Source: Cyanobium sp. ELA507 (lineage in GTDB: Bacteria; Cyanobacteriota; Cyanobacteriia; PCC-6307; Cyanobiaceae). From it: 33,009 bases of DNA. The stretch spans positions 1-33,009 of the forward strand of contig JBAXOO010000001.1 in the NCBI GenBank assembly GCA_037133235.1, read 5' to 3'. Both the position numbers and the translations under genes were made by a program. A model generated the notes under the pieces. The model had not been told where the DNA came from. It did not search any database and saw only the letters and a program-made list of their open reading frames with translations. Positions 1 through 8,967 of the stretch are shown one piece after another (position 1 is the first letter of the stretch; each line of letters opens with the position of its first letter).

Positions 1-1
1 C

Positions 2-973
2 GTCCCCTCCCCCCGCTTCCGGATCAACCGCCACCGCTGGCTGGCCTGGATTTCCTCTGGCCTTGCCTGTTTGCTGAGCGTGCTGGGTTTGGTGCTCTGC
101 TGGCTCAACCCATCGATCCGTTCGCCCCTCAAGCCCGGTCTGGATTTCACCGGTGGTACCCAGATCCAGGTTCTTAGGGCCTGCGGTGCGAACCGGGCCA
201 GCGCCCCAACGGCGACCTGCCCTCCGATCACGGCACCGGCGATTCAGAAGCAGGTGGCGGCCTTGCGCCTGCCGGCCCAGGGCAACGACCAAGCCCCCAA
301 CCTCGGCAGCACCAGCGTGCAGGTGCTCGACCGGGGTCGTTCGGTGCTGCTTCGTCTTCCTGCCCTCAGCGCTGATCAGGCCGCCACGGTGCTCGCCACG
401 CTGAACGAGCAATTTGGACCCCTCGAACGGAAGGGCACCGCGGTCGACACCATCGGTCCCACCCTCGGCTCACGCCTGCTGCGCGGAAGCCTGCTCTCCC
501 TACTGGTGAGCTTCGCCGCCATCGCGGCCTACATCTCGTTCCGCTATAGCGGTGTCTATGCCTTCCTTGCCCTGGTCTGCCTCGGCCACGATGTGTTGAT
601 CACCTGCGGTGTCTTCGCCTGGCTGGGGCTGCTCAAGGGCATCGAGGTTGACTCCCTCTTTGCCGTTTCCCTGATCACGGTGGCCGGCTACTCCGTGACC
701 GACACCGTGGTGGTGTTTGACCGGATCCGCGAGCAGCGCAAGGCCCTGGCCCATCTCCCGATCACCGATCAAGTGGATGTGGCCGTGGATGCCACTCTCA
801 CCCGCTCGCTTTACACCTCTTTCACCACCCTTCTACCCTTGCTGGCCCTGCTCTTTTTCGGGGGCAGCAGTCTGTTTTGGTTTTCAGTGGCGCTCACCGT
901 AGGGATTGCCGTGGGCAGTTGGTCGAGTATTGGCATCGCACCCACCCTTCTTCCCCTGCTCGCCTCCAAATGA
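2..973 (+). CDS. secF: Protein translocase subunit SecF (5' end runs off the window)
   Basis: GLDFTGGT motif, DTIGPTLG, HD in a TM segment, GYSVTDTVVVFDRIRE and multiple TM helices. The frame is open back to position 2. Confidence 0.95.
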   Translation, partial: VPSPRFRINRHRWLAWISSGLACLLSVLGLVLCWLNPSIRSPLKPGLDFTGGTQIQVLRACGANRASAPTATCPPITAPAIQKQVAALRLPAQGNDQAPNLGSTSVQVLDRGRSVLLRLPALSADQAATVLATLNEQFGPLERKGTAVDTIGPTLGSRLLRGSLLSLLVSFAAIAAYISFRYSGVYAFLALVCLGHDVLITCGVFAWLGLLKGIEVDSLFAVSLITVAGYSVTDTVVVFDRIREQRKALAHLPITDQVDVAVDATLTRSLYTSFTTLLPLLALLFFGGSSLFWFSVALTVGIAVGSWSSIGIAPTLLPLLASK

Positions 974-1221
974 CCCTTGCTCCTCCGGCCGAGCCCCCAG
1001 GATCCCCGTCCCAACCCCGTCGTCCCATCCGCAAGGCTCAGGGTTTTCCCTTGATGCCCCTGATCCTTTTGCTACTGGCCCTGCTGGATCTTCGGGTTGA
1101 CTTCCAGCTGCTTGCCGATCACTTCACCTTCACCACCCTGGCCGAGGCGATTCGCAGCCACCCCCTTGCGGTGGCGGTGCTGATCTTCACTCCATCCCTC
1201 TGGCGTCGCTACCGCAGCTGA
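970..1221 (+). CDS. Small hypothetical membrane protein (~83 aa)
   Basis: ATG at 970 overlaps the secF stop (ATGA). Two hydrophobic segments (LMPLILLLLALL, PLAVAVLIF). The start could be ~1054 instead. Confidence 0.65.
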   Translation: MTLAPPAEPPGSPSQPRRPIRKAQGFPLMPLILLLLALLDLRVDFQLLADHFTFTTLAEAIRSHPLAVAVLIFTPSLWRRYRS

Positions 1222-2270
1222 GGGCCAGGATCAGGGGATCCCGATGACCCATCGATGGTCTGGTCCACGGTCCAGCGATCCATCACATCACGCACCAGCA
1301 CCTCTTCGCACAGCACCTGTAGCACCACCACCAGGGGCAGGGCGAGCAGCAACCCTGGCAGGCCCAGCAGGGCGCCAAGACACAACTGGGCCATCAGGGC
1401 CACCGTGGGCAGCAGATTCACCGTGCGGCTCAGCAGTAGGGGCGTCAGCACGAAGGCTTCGCCGTTCTGCAGCACCAGGCGTAACACCAGCACCTGCAGC
1501 ATCTTGGCGGGGGAGCCAAGCAGCAAGGCTACGGCCATGGGAAGCAGGGTTCCGGCCGTCGGTCCGATCGTGGGCACGAAGGTGAGGAGGGCGCAAACCA
1601 GCGCGCTCAGCAGGGCCAGCGGCACCTTGAGCAGGGCCAGCCCGGCCCAGGTGCTTACAAACACCACCACCGCCGAAAGGGTCATGCCGGCTAGCCACCC
1701 GCCCAGGGCCTCCCGGCATTCGCGCAGCAGAAGTTGCATCCGCGGCCGGTAGAAGTGCGGGGTTGCCGCCACCAGCAAACGCTGGTGGCTACGGGGATCG
1801 AGGGCCAGCAGCACCGCCAGTAGAGCAATCAGCAGCAGTTGAATGGTGCTGTTGGCCGCACCGCCGGCAAAGCCGAGCACCTGGCTGCCAAGGGGTTGCA
1901 GTTGGTCCCACGTGGCACCGCCAAGCACTTTCATCTCCAGATCATGGAGTTGGGGGATCTGGGCCACCAGGCCATTGAGGCGCGCGGGCAGTTCCGGGAT
2001 CAGGTGACTGAGCACCTGGATTTGTTCGATCACCTCCGGCAGCAGCAGCGCGGTGATCAGCCAGCCCACCACCAGCAGCACCGCCAGCACCAGCATCAGC
2101 GCCGCTGGCCGCTGCAACGGCAACAACCGCCGTACCAAAGTGATCGGCACATCAAGGGCCACTGCCAACACCACCGCGCCGAACAGGACCAGCAGCACCC
2201 AACGCAGTTCCCAGGCCAGCAGCCCGACCACTACCAAGGCAAGGGCCCCGATCAGGGAGCGGCCACTCAT
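1209..2270 (-). CDS. AI-2E family (UPF0118/PerM) transporter
   Basis: Multi-TM protein with FVPTIGP and QNGEAFVLTP motifs and a C-terminal GLLLALP. ATG at 2270 overlaps the upstream stop. Confidence 0.85.
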   Translation of the reverse strand: MSGRSLIGALALVVVGLLAWELRWVLLVLFGAVVLAVALDVPITLVRRLLPLQRPAALMLVLAVLLVVGWLITALLLPEVIEQIQVLSHLIPELPARLNGLVAQIPQLHDLEMKVLGGATWDQLQPLGSQVLGFAGGAANSTIQLLLIALLAVLLALDPRSHQRLLVAATPHFYRPRMQLLLRECREALGGWLAGMTLSAVVVFVSTWAGLALLKVPLALLSALVCALLTFVPTIGPTAGTLLPMAVALLLGSPAKMLQVLVLRLVLQNGEAFVLTPLLLSRTVNLLPTVALMAQLCLGALLGLPGLLLALPLVVVLQVLCEEVLVRDVMDRWTVDQTIDGSSGSPDPGPQLR

Positions 2271-3370
2271 GGCTCGGCGGGGCTGGCGGTGGCAAGCCGC
2301 CGGCGGGGTGGGGCTTTCCATGGATCCATCACGTCATGGATCACCACCTCCCGCAGGATGACCTGGAGGCACACCGCCAGGGGTAGGGCCAGCACTAGGC
2401 CGAGCGGACCGAAAATGAGCGTGAACAGCAGCTGGGCTGAGAGGGTGAGACCAGGCAGCAGCTTGAGCTGGTGATGCATCACCGAGGGGGTGATCAGGTA
2501 GCTCTCCAGGTTTTGCACCACCACATAGAGGGCGAGCACCGCCAGGGCCTTCCAGGGTGCGTCGAGCAGGGCCACCGACATCGGAAAGAGGGTGCTGAGG
2601 GTGGGTCCCACATTGGGGATGATGTTGAGCAGCCCGGCCAGCACAGCATTGGCGGCCACCAGCCGAACCCCCAGCAAGGAGAGGCCGATCGCAGCGAGGG
2701 TTCCCACGCAGAGCGAACTGATCAACACTCCCCCCATCCAGGCGCTCAAGGCCTGGCCACACTGAAGCAGCACCTCCCTGGCGCGGCGTCGGTAGAAGGA
2801 GGGCACCAGGAGCAGCAGCACCTCGCGGTAGGCCTCCGGTTGGGTGGCGATCATCAAGGCCACGGCCACCACAAAAAGGGTCTGCAGCAGGGCGCCGCCC
2901 AGGTTTCCCGCCAGGCCCACCAGCCTTACGGTCCAGTCGCTCACCCCGCCGCCCAGGCTGGCAGTGCCGCTGGGAGCCGCGGTTTTTCCCAGGGTCTGCA
3001 GCCAGCCCAGCCCACCATCGGAGCTGCCGTAGAGCATGCGGGAAATGCTCTCCATCGACTGGTGGAGCAGCTTCAGGAGCTCAGTCCAGGCTTCCGGTAA
3101 TTTCAGCAGCAGTTCATTGAACTGCTCCAGAAACGGCGGCACGATTGCAGCGGCCCCCACCCCTGCCACCAAGGCCACAGCCACCAGGCTGAGCAGCAGC
3201 GCCAAGGGGCGTGGGCAATCGAGGCGTTGGCGCAGGGTTCCCACCAGGGTGCAAAGGGCCATGGCCAGCACGACGGCGGCGAAGATCAGCAGGATGGCCT
3301 CTCTCATGCTCCAGAGCAGGAGCACCGCCGCCACCAGGGCTATCAATCCCAGCCAACGCCCGAAGCTCAC
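2267..3370 (-). CDS. AI-2E family (UPF0118/PerM) transporter
   Basis: [17 protein letters not shown] and [11 protein letters not shown] motifs. GTG start overlaps the psb28 stop. Confidence 0.88.
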   Translation of the reverse strand: MSFGRWLGLIALVAAVLLLWSMREAILLIFAAVVLAMALCTLVGTLRQRLDCPRPLALLLSLVAVALVAGVGAAAIVPPFLEQFNELLLKLPEAWTELLKLLHQSMESISRMLYGSSDGGLGWLQTLGKTAAPSGTASLGGGVSDWTVRLVGLAGNLGGALLQTLFVVAVALMIATQPEAYREVLLLLVPSFYRRRAREVLLQCGQALSAWMGGVLISSLCVGTLAAIGLSLLGVRLVAANAVLAGLLNIIPNVGPTLSTLFPMSVALLDAPWKALAVLALYVVVQNLESYLITPSVMHHQLKLLPGLTLSAQLLFTLIFGPLGLVLALPLAVCLQVILREVVIHDVMDPWKAPPRRRLATASPAEP

Positions 3371-3744
3371 TCCGCCGTGTCCTCTCCCGGGGCTGGGGCG
3401 TCATTGTCCTTGCCTGCAAAGCCAAGCTCGTGGCTGTCGGCATAGCGCTGGGCAAAGCGCATGAACCGATCAAAATCGTCGGTGGTCTTCCAGGTGTAGG
3501 TGACCTCAAGGGCGCTGGCCTTGCCATTGACGAAGCGGGCTTTCACTTCCCGGGTCACCAGCTCCCCCTCCTCATCCACCAAGAACATCCCGGTGATATC
3601 GCCGATCGCCTCGGGCGCTAGGGCCTGGGGCTCCTCAAAAACAAACAGGGCCTGCCCGGTGCGTCCATCGCGGGAGCGGGTCAGTCGGATATCGGGCACG
3701 ACCGGCTCCTCCACGCCTCGGAAGAACTGAATGGCGGCGGCCAT
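3367..3744 (-). CDS. psb28: Photosystem II assembly factor Psb28
   Basis: [23 protein letters not shown]...FMRFAQRYA is the Psb28 signature. Confidence 0.95.
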   Translation of the reverse strand: MAAAIQFFRGVEEPVVPDIRLTRSRDGRTGQALFVFEEPQALAPEAIGDITGMFLVDEEGELVTREVKARFVNGKASALEVTYTWKTTDDFDRFMRFAQRYADSHELGFAGKDNDAPAPGEDTAE

Positions 3745-3864
3745 GGCACAGGATCAAAGGTGGATCCTAGGCAGCCGTGACCCAGCTTTCGATTGGCACC
3801 CGCCGATGGAAGGCTCCTGACATAGTGGCCACCAGCCAAAAGGCCCTCCGGCCGGTCCCCTTCG

Positions 3865-4608
3865 ATGCTCTCCGGTTCACCGGTCTCCCGTCGCGTTGCC
3901 GCTGATCAGCTGCTCGAGCGTTTTCTTGGCAGTTCTTCCCGGCAACGCCGCAGCCAGCTGGCAGCGCTGGAGGACAGGGCCGCTGAGTTGTTGCCGCTGC
4001 TTGATGATCGTCTCGATGGCTTCGATGCCACCGGCGATGACTGGACACCGGGGTTTTTGCTTCAGTTGATCGTCGCCGCCGACCCTGGCCGGCGCGATGC
4101 CCTGCTTAAGCGGTATCCGCAGGGCTGGCTGGCGGCCCCCAGTGCCGCTGGCCTCGACTTCGCCCCACTCCAGCGCCATCTGTTGCTGCAAGAGTTTGAG
4201 GCCGCGGACCGGCTGACCAGCGAACACCTCCGCCAACTGGCGGGCAGCGATGCGATCGGGCGTGGCTACGTCTATTACAGCGAGGTGGCCCGCTTCCCCG
4301 ATGCCGACCTCGAGAGCCTGGATCGCCTCTGGTTGGTCTATTCCCGCGGGCGCTTCGGTTTCTCGGTGCAGGCTCGGCTGTTGGCTGCTTGTGGTGGGCA
4401 GTGGGACCAACTCTGGCCCCGCCTTGGCTGGAAGCAAAACGGACTTTGGACCCGCTATCCCAGTGCCTTCACGTGGAGCCAGCAGGCACCGGAGGGCCAC
4501 CTTCCCCTGGTCAATCAACTGCGTGGGGTTCGCTTGATGGATGCCCTGCTCCAGCATCCGGCCCTCAAACGCCGCCTGGCGCTCCCCAGTGCTGCGGGTC
4601 CGGGTTAG
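3865..4608 (+). CDS. gun4: GUN4-domain protein (porphyrin-binding Mg-chelatase activator, Ycf53)
   Basis: FEAADRLT, LDRLWLVYSRGRFGFSVQ, LGWK...W.RYP..F.W and APEGHLP motifs. Confidence 0.9.
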   Translation: MLSGSPVSRRVAADQLLERFLGSSSRQRRSQLAALEDRAAELLPLLDDRLDGFDATGDDWTPGFLLQLIVAADPGRRDALLKRYPQGWLAAPSAAGLDFAPLQRHLLLQEFEAADRLTSEHLRQLAGSDAIGRGYVYYSEVARFPDADLESLDRLWLVYSRGRFGFSVQARLLAACGGQWDQLWPRLGWKQNGLWTRYPSAFTWSQQAPEGHLPLVNQLRGVRLMDALLQHPALKRRLALPSAAGPG

Positions 4609-4638
4609 GGTCGATGCAGGCACCTCGGCCTCTGCCGC

Positions 4639-5064
4639 ATGGTTCTGCGTTGGGCTGATTACATCACCCCCTCAACCCTGCAGCTAGCTCCCCTGCTGGA
4701 GTTGCTGCTGGAACCGGTGGGTCGGGGGTCGGCTCTTGCCGAACTCCAGCTGGGACTCCATGAGGCCCTGGTGAACGCGGTGCGGCACGGCAACGGTTGC
4801 GACCCGGCCAAGTGTGTGCGCGTGCGGCGGATCCTCACCCCCCGCTGGCTGGTCTGGCAGGTGCAGGACGAGGGACCCGGTTTGCCCTTCCAGTGCCGGT
4901 TGGCGGCTTTGCCCTGCGAGCCTGGAGCCCTTTCCGGTCGTGGTCTTTTCCTGATCCATCACTGCTTCGACGACGTGCGCTGGAGCTCCCGGGGCAACCG
5001 GGTTCAGGTGGCGGTGCGGCGCGGCCGGTTTAACGGCCGTGGTCTGGGCAGCCCGGATCCCTGA
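4639..5064 (+). CDS. pmgA: RsbW-like anti-sigma/HATPase_c protein, PmgA-like
   Basis: N-box LHEALVNAVRHGN, G1 DEGPG, G2 GRGLFLI. The family is clear; orthology to PmgA is inferred. Confidence 0.7.
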   Translation: MVLRWADYITPSTLQLAPLLELLLEPVGRGSALAELQLGLHEALVNAVRHGNGCDPAKCVRVRRILTPRWLVWQVQDEGPGLPFQCRLAALPCEPGALSGRGLFLIHHCFDDVRWSSRGNRVQVAVRRGRFNGRGLGSPDP

Positions 5065-5386
5065 GCTCGCCCTCCAGCCAGGCCAGGGCGTTGGCGGTGA
5101 GGGCCATGGCCTGGCGGCGGCCCTCGCTGCTGCGGTTGGCGCTAGGCCCATCGGCGCCCAGCAACTGCACCAAGGCCCCCGCCAGCTGCTCGGCCGCCCG
5201 TCGGGCCGGCTGACCCTTGTGGGCATGCCAGTCGCGATCACCGATCGCCAGCAGACGATGCAGGTTTTGGGCCTGCTCCAAACTTTGCTCAGGCCAGCGG
5301 TTCCGGACTTCGCCGCCCTCGCTGATCTGATTCTCCGCCCAATTCCCTGCCCGATCCACTGGACGACCTGTCGCTGGCTGTTCCAT
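5030..5386 (-). CDS. Conserved cyanobacterial hypothetical protein
   Basis: C-terminal part of ORF 5030..5716 (AQNLHRLLAIGDRDWHAHK...RAAEQLAGALVQLL...DPGCPDH) looks like a real helical protein. Start at ATG 5386 is uncertain. Confidence 0.7.
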   Translation of the reverse strand: MEQPATGRPVDRAGNWAENQISEGGEVRNRWPEQSLEQAQNLHRLLAIGDRDWHAHKGQPARRAAEQLAGALVQLLGADGPSANRSSEGRRQAMALTANALAWLEGELRDPGCPDHGR

Positions 5387-5395
5387 CCTGGCCCC

Positions 5396-5692
5396 ATGAC
5401 CCGTCCCCTCCGCCGCAGCCAGTCCGGCCGGTCCAACCCTCGGCGCCGGCCGGCGGTGGCCAAGGGCCCGAGGCTGTTGCACACCATCGCCCTGCTGCAT
5501 GGCCTTGGCTCTGCCCGCAGCGGCAGCGGATCTGGAGAACGCCGCCGCCTCCAGCACCTCAACATCGCTCAACGCTTGCTTGATCCCCTGCCCGAGGGTC
5601 TCAGGCCCCAGGACGCCGCCAGCACCCTGTTCTGGCGCATCCTGCGGTGGGGTGGCCTGGGGCTGCTGGTCGCACGATTGCTCGCCACCTGA
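5396..5692 (+). CDS. Small hypothetical protein with C-terminal membrane anchor (98 aa)
   Basis: ATG 5396 is in frame with ORF 5039..5692. Basic N-terminus, then PLPEGL...LFWRILRWGGLGLLVARLL. Fills an otherwise empty gap. Confidence 0.55.
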   Translation: MTRPLRRSQSGRSNPRRRPAVAKGPRLLHTIALLHGLGSARSGSGSGERRRLQHLNIAQRLLDPLPEGLRPQDAASTLFWRILRWGGLGLLVARLLAT

Positions 5693-5752
5693 GCTCCCCT
5701 TCAGCCAGCTCGTCAATTACAGGGTCCAGGCTCTGCAGCCGAGCGCTGCGGA

Positions 5753-6811
5753 TCAGACCGGCTTGCGGGCCGACCAGACCCGCGTCATCAAATGGGTTTC
5801 GGCGGCGATGGCCGTGAATCCTGCTGCCGCGAGCCTGGCGTCGATGGCGTCAGCGATGTAATCGCGGTAGTAGGGCTCATGGAAGACGCGGCGGAAGTTC
5901 TCCATGACCAGGTCGAATTCGGGCGAATCGGCCAGTTGCGCCGAATCAGCCAGCACCAGCACCCCGCCGGGTTCCAGCACCCTGAAGCATTCCTGGAGCA
6001 CCTGTTGACGCGCCTCGCCCGGCAGTTCGTGCAGCAGGAAGACGCAGGTCACCCCCTGCATCGTGCCATCGGCAAAGGGCAGGGCTTCGGCATTGCCCTG
6101 CACAAGTTGGGGAAGTTCGCGCGGCAGGCTGGAGAGCCAACGGTTGGCCTGGCGCAGGTAGGCCGGCGACAGATCGATGCCGATCAGGTGGGCGTCCGGC
6201 AGGGCCGCCCGCAGCTGCCGCATGGTGCGGCCGGTGCCCGTGGCCACATCGAGGATGCGGAGCTGGGTGGCGGGCCGGGCGGAGAAGGAGGCCAGGCCAT
6301 CAAGGAGCGGGCGCACCACCCGGCGCCGCATCGGATCGGCGGTGCCGTTGAAGAGGATTTCCACCTGGAGGTCGTAGAGCGACGCGGAGTGGTCACTCAG
6401 GTAGCCATCGGTCTGGTGGTGGAAGTTCTGTAGGTAGTAGGCCGGGTAGTCGGCCGGGTTGACTTCGTCGGGCAGATCGCGGACCTTGCGATCCACTCGC
6501 CGGGCCCAGGTGGAGGGCATGTCGAGCCAGACCTGGGGGTAGGTGCGCATCCAGTCGAGCCAGGGAGCGTCGAAGAGGAGGCTGGTGGGGTAGAGCCCCG
6601 CCTCGGCATCCCCCCAGTCGGCGTCGAGGAGTTGTTGGTGAGAAGCCTGGAGGCTCTGCAGCATGGTGGGCGGCAGCGGCACGGTTTTGGGGGCCCCAGC
6701 CGGGGCCACCAGCTCCATCAGCCGGGTGCTCACCTCCTTGTGGGCCACCCCCATCAGGCTCTTGCCCTGCTGCAGGGTCTGGTAGGCCAATCGGGCGAGG
6801 GGGTCTGCCAT
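5753..6811 (-). CDS. Class I SAM-dependent methyltransferase (UbiE/COQ5-like fold)
   Basis: ILDVATGTG motif I, GIDLSPAYL, GNAEALPFAD, FLLHELP, RVLEPGG. Probable start MADPLARL at 6811. Confidence 0.9.
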   Translation of the reverse strand: MADPLARLAYQTLQQGKSLMGVAHKEVSTRLMELVAPAGAPKTVPLPPTMLQSLQASHQQLLDADWGDAEAGLYPTSLLFDAPWLDWMRTYPQVWLDMPSTWARRVDRKVRDLPDEVNPADYPAYYLQNFHHQTDGYLSDHSASLYDLQVEILFNGTADPMRRRVVRPLLDGLASFSARPATQLRILDVATGTGRTMRQLRAALPDAHLIGIDLSPAYLRQANRWLSSLPRELPQLVQGNAEALPFADGTMQGVTCVFLLHELPGEARQQVLQECFRVLEPGGVLVLADSAQLADSPEFDLVMENFRRVFHEPYYRDYIADAIDARLAAAGFTAIAAETHLMTRVWSARKPV

Positions 6812-7001
6812 GGAGCCTTGCTGAACGGCGATCACTTCGATCCATTTCAACCAATCCAAGGGCCCTGGCGTGGCCCCGGGGTGCCGGCCTTCGCGGCGGA
6901 GTACCGGCGGTGATGGGCTTCGCCATGACCTGCCCCCTCGGCCTTGGGGCTGCGGGTGTGCTGCAGAACCCCGCATTGACGCCCAGGCAACCCACAATTC
7001 C

Positions 7002-7015
7002 GTAGCAATGGCTAC
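7002..7015. promoter_or_regulatory. NtcA binding site (perfect GTA-N8-TAC), non-activator geometry
   Basis: GTAGCAATGGCTAC has 5-bp palindromic arms (GTAGC/GCTAC) and is intergenic. There is no TAN3T 22 nt away on either strand. Confidence 0.75.
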
Positions 7016-7047
7016 AGAATCAAAGAAGCCTTCCCCTGTGTTCGTTC

Positions 7048-7371
7048 GTGTTCGTCGATTCCCTGGCTCCAAGTGCTCCGGCTGCCGCCACGCCGGACTT
7101 GACTGCCCCGGTGGAGGCCGTCCCCACGACCGCCGTTGCGGCACCCATCACCGCTGCAGCTGCGGGGCATCACGACCCCCTTTACGTGGCCTGGGCCCGT
7201 GGCCGCCAGCAGGAGGCCCGCCGTCGCCAGGTCCTGATGCTTGGCCTTCAGGCCCAGCCGGATCCGAGTGAGGCTGCTGGGATTGCCGGACCGATCACTG
7301 CCTGGGCCCAAGGCCATGCCCGCCAAAAAAGGCTCCACGCCAATGCGATCGCCGGGCTCCGGCGCGGCTGA
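7048..7371 (+). CDS. Small hypothetical protein convergent with glnA (107 aa); candidate glutamine-synthetase regulator
   Basis: GTG start 32 nt after the NtcA box. Ala/Pro/Thr-rich N-terminus, two AWAxG-led basic repeats, and a hairpin just downstream. Confidence 0.65.
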   Translation: MFVDSLAPSAPAAATPDLTAPVEAVPTTAVAAPITAAAAGHHDPLYVAWARGRQQEARRRQVLMLGLQAQPDPSEAAGIAGPITAWAQGHARQKRLHANAIAGLRRG

Positions 7372-7387
7372 AAGCGGCAGGCGCATC

Positions 7388-7412
7388 AAAAAAGCCCTGG
7401 CTGGGCCGGGGC
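7388..7412 (-). terminator. Rho-independent terminator of glnA (possibly bidirectional)
   Basis: Minus strand reads GCCCCGGC-CCA-GCCAGGGC-TTTTTT, lying between two convergent stop codons. Confidence 0.75.
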
Positions 7413-7463
7413 AATGTCTCTGGGCGCAGGACACGACCAGCAGAGGCTTGAGGGGGTAGGGGC

Positions 7464-8882
7464 TCAGGCGTCGTAATACATCGAGAATTCGTGGGGATGG
7501 GGCCGCTGGCGCAGTTGCTGCACCTCCTCGTATTTCAGGGCGATCCAGTTGTCGATGAAGTCTTCGCTGAACACACCGCCGGCTAGTAGGTAGTCCTTGT
7601 CGGCTTTGAGGGCCTCGAGGGCTCCATTGAGGGAGGCGGGCACGGTGGCGATCTTGGCCAGTTCCTCGGCTGAAAGCTCAAACAGGTCAACGTCGGTGCC
7701 TTCGCCCGGATCAATCTGGTTCTTGATCCCATCAATGCCGGCCATGAGCATGGCGGCAAAACCGATGTAGGGATTGGAGAGGGCATCCCCGGAGCGGAAC
7801 TCCAGGCGCTTGGCCTTGGGGCTCGGCCCGGTCAAGGGGATCCGCACGGCGGCGGAGCGGTTGCCCTGGGAATACACGAGGTTGACCGGCGCTTCGAAAC
7901 CGGGCACCAGGCGCTTGTAGCTATTGGTGGTGGGGTTGGTGAAGGCCAGGAAGCTGGGGGCGTGCTTCAGCAGGCCACCGATGTACCAGCGGGCGGTCTG
8001 GGAGAGGTTGGCGTAGGTGCCTTCTCCGAAGAAGAGCGGTTGGTCACCATTCCAGAGGCTTTGGTGCACGTGCATGCCGCTGCCGTTGTCCCCAAAGATG
8101 GGTTTGGGCATGAAGGTGGCCGTTTTGCCGTATTTCTTGGCAACGTTGCGCACCACATACTTGTAGATCATCACGTTGTCGGCCGCGCTGATCAACTCGG
8201 CGTATTTGATGCCGAGTTCGTGCTGGGCCGTCGCCACTTCGTGGTGTTGCTTCTCGATCGGCACCCCGAGGGAACCCATGGTGAGGAGCATCTCACTGCG
8301 GATGTCCTGGAGGGTGTCGGTGGGGGCAACGGGAAAATAGCCTTCCTTCAGCAGCACCTTGTAGCCAAGGTTGCCGCCCTCCTCAACGCGGTCGACGTTC
8401 CAGGCGCCTTCGATCGAGTCAACTTGGTAGAAGCTGCCGCCATTGCTGCTCTTGTAGCGCACATCATCGAAGATGAAGAATTCCGGCTCCGGCCCGAAGT
8501 AGGCCTTGGTGGCGATGCCGGTGGATCCCAGGTAATCCAGCGCTTTCTGGGCTAGGGCCCGGGGGCAGCGGCTGTAGGGCTTGCCGCTGCGGGGCTCCTG
8601 AATTGAGCAGATCAGGCTGAGGGTCTTGTGGCTATAGAAAGGGTCGATCCAGGCGGTGTTGGGATCCGGCACCATCGCCATGTCGGATTCGTTGATCGCC
8701 TTCCAGCCACGGATCGAGGAGCCGTCAAAGGCCACGCCTTCGGTGAAGGCGCTTTCGTCGATCAGGTCGTTGCAGACGGTGAGGTGCTGCCACTTGCCGT
8801 GCAGATCAACGAATTTCAGGTCGATCAGTTCGATGCCTTCGTCCTTGATCTGACGAAGCACGTCGCTTGCTGTCTTGGCCAT
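7464..8882 (-). CDS. glnA: Glutamine synthetase type I (472 aa)
   Basis: [71 protein letters not shown]. Start MAKTASD. Confidence 0.99.
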   Translation of the reverse strand: MAKTASDVLRQIKDEGIELIDLKFVDLHGKWQHLTVCNDLIDESAFTEGVAFDGSSIRGWKAINESDMAMVPDPNTAWIDPFYSHKTLSLICSIQEPRSGKPYSRCPRALAQKALDYLGSTGIATKAYFGPEPEFFIFDDVRYKSSNGGSFYQVDSIEGAWNVDRVEEGGNLGYKVLLKEGYFPVAPTDTLQDIRSEMLLTMGSLGVPIEKQHHEVATAQHELGIKYAELISAADNVMIYKYVVRNVAKKYGKTATFMPKPIFGDNGSGMHVHQSLWNGDQPLFFGEGTYANLSQTARWYIGGLLKHAPSFLAFTNPTTNSYKRLVPGFEAPVNLVYSQGNRSAAVRIPLTGPSPKAKRLEFRSGDALSNPYIGFAAMLMAGIDGIKNQIDPGEGTDVDLFELSAEELAKIATVPASLNGALEALKADKDYLLAGGVFSEDFIDNWIALKYEEVQQLRQRPHPHEFSMYYDA

Positions 8883-8925
8883 GAAGGATGGGGATGGTGA
8901 AGGGCGGAGTGCCGCGCCGCCCCAA

Positions 8926-8967
8926 AAGGTACGCAGCGATACCTTCGTGTTGTGTAGCGGTTGCAAC
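8926..8967 (-). promoter_or_regulatory. NtcA-activated (class II) glnA promoter
   Basis: Minus strand: GTT-GCAACCGC-TAC (8967..8954), exactly 22 nt, then the -10 box TACCTT (8931..8926). Confidence 0.85.

Noticed and set aside
7016-7060. Glutamine riboswitch (glnA or Downstream-peptide type) ahead of the candidate GS regulator
   Set aside because: Only a short GTTCGTTCGTGTTCGT stutter is present, the leader is too short, and no matching stems were found by eye. A cmscan would settle it.
7008-7271. Alternative ORF starting at the ATG inside the NtcA box (MATESKK...)
   Set aside because: The product is Arg/Pro/Gly/Cys-rich like an off-frame translation. The 7048 frame has more protein-like content and ends next to the terminator.
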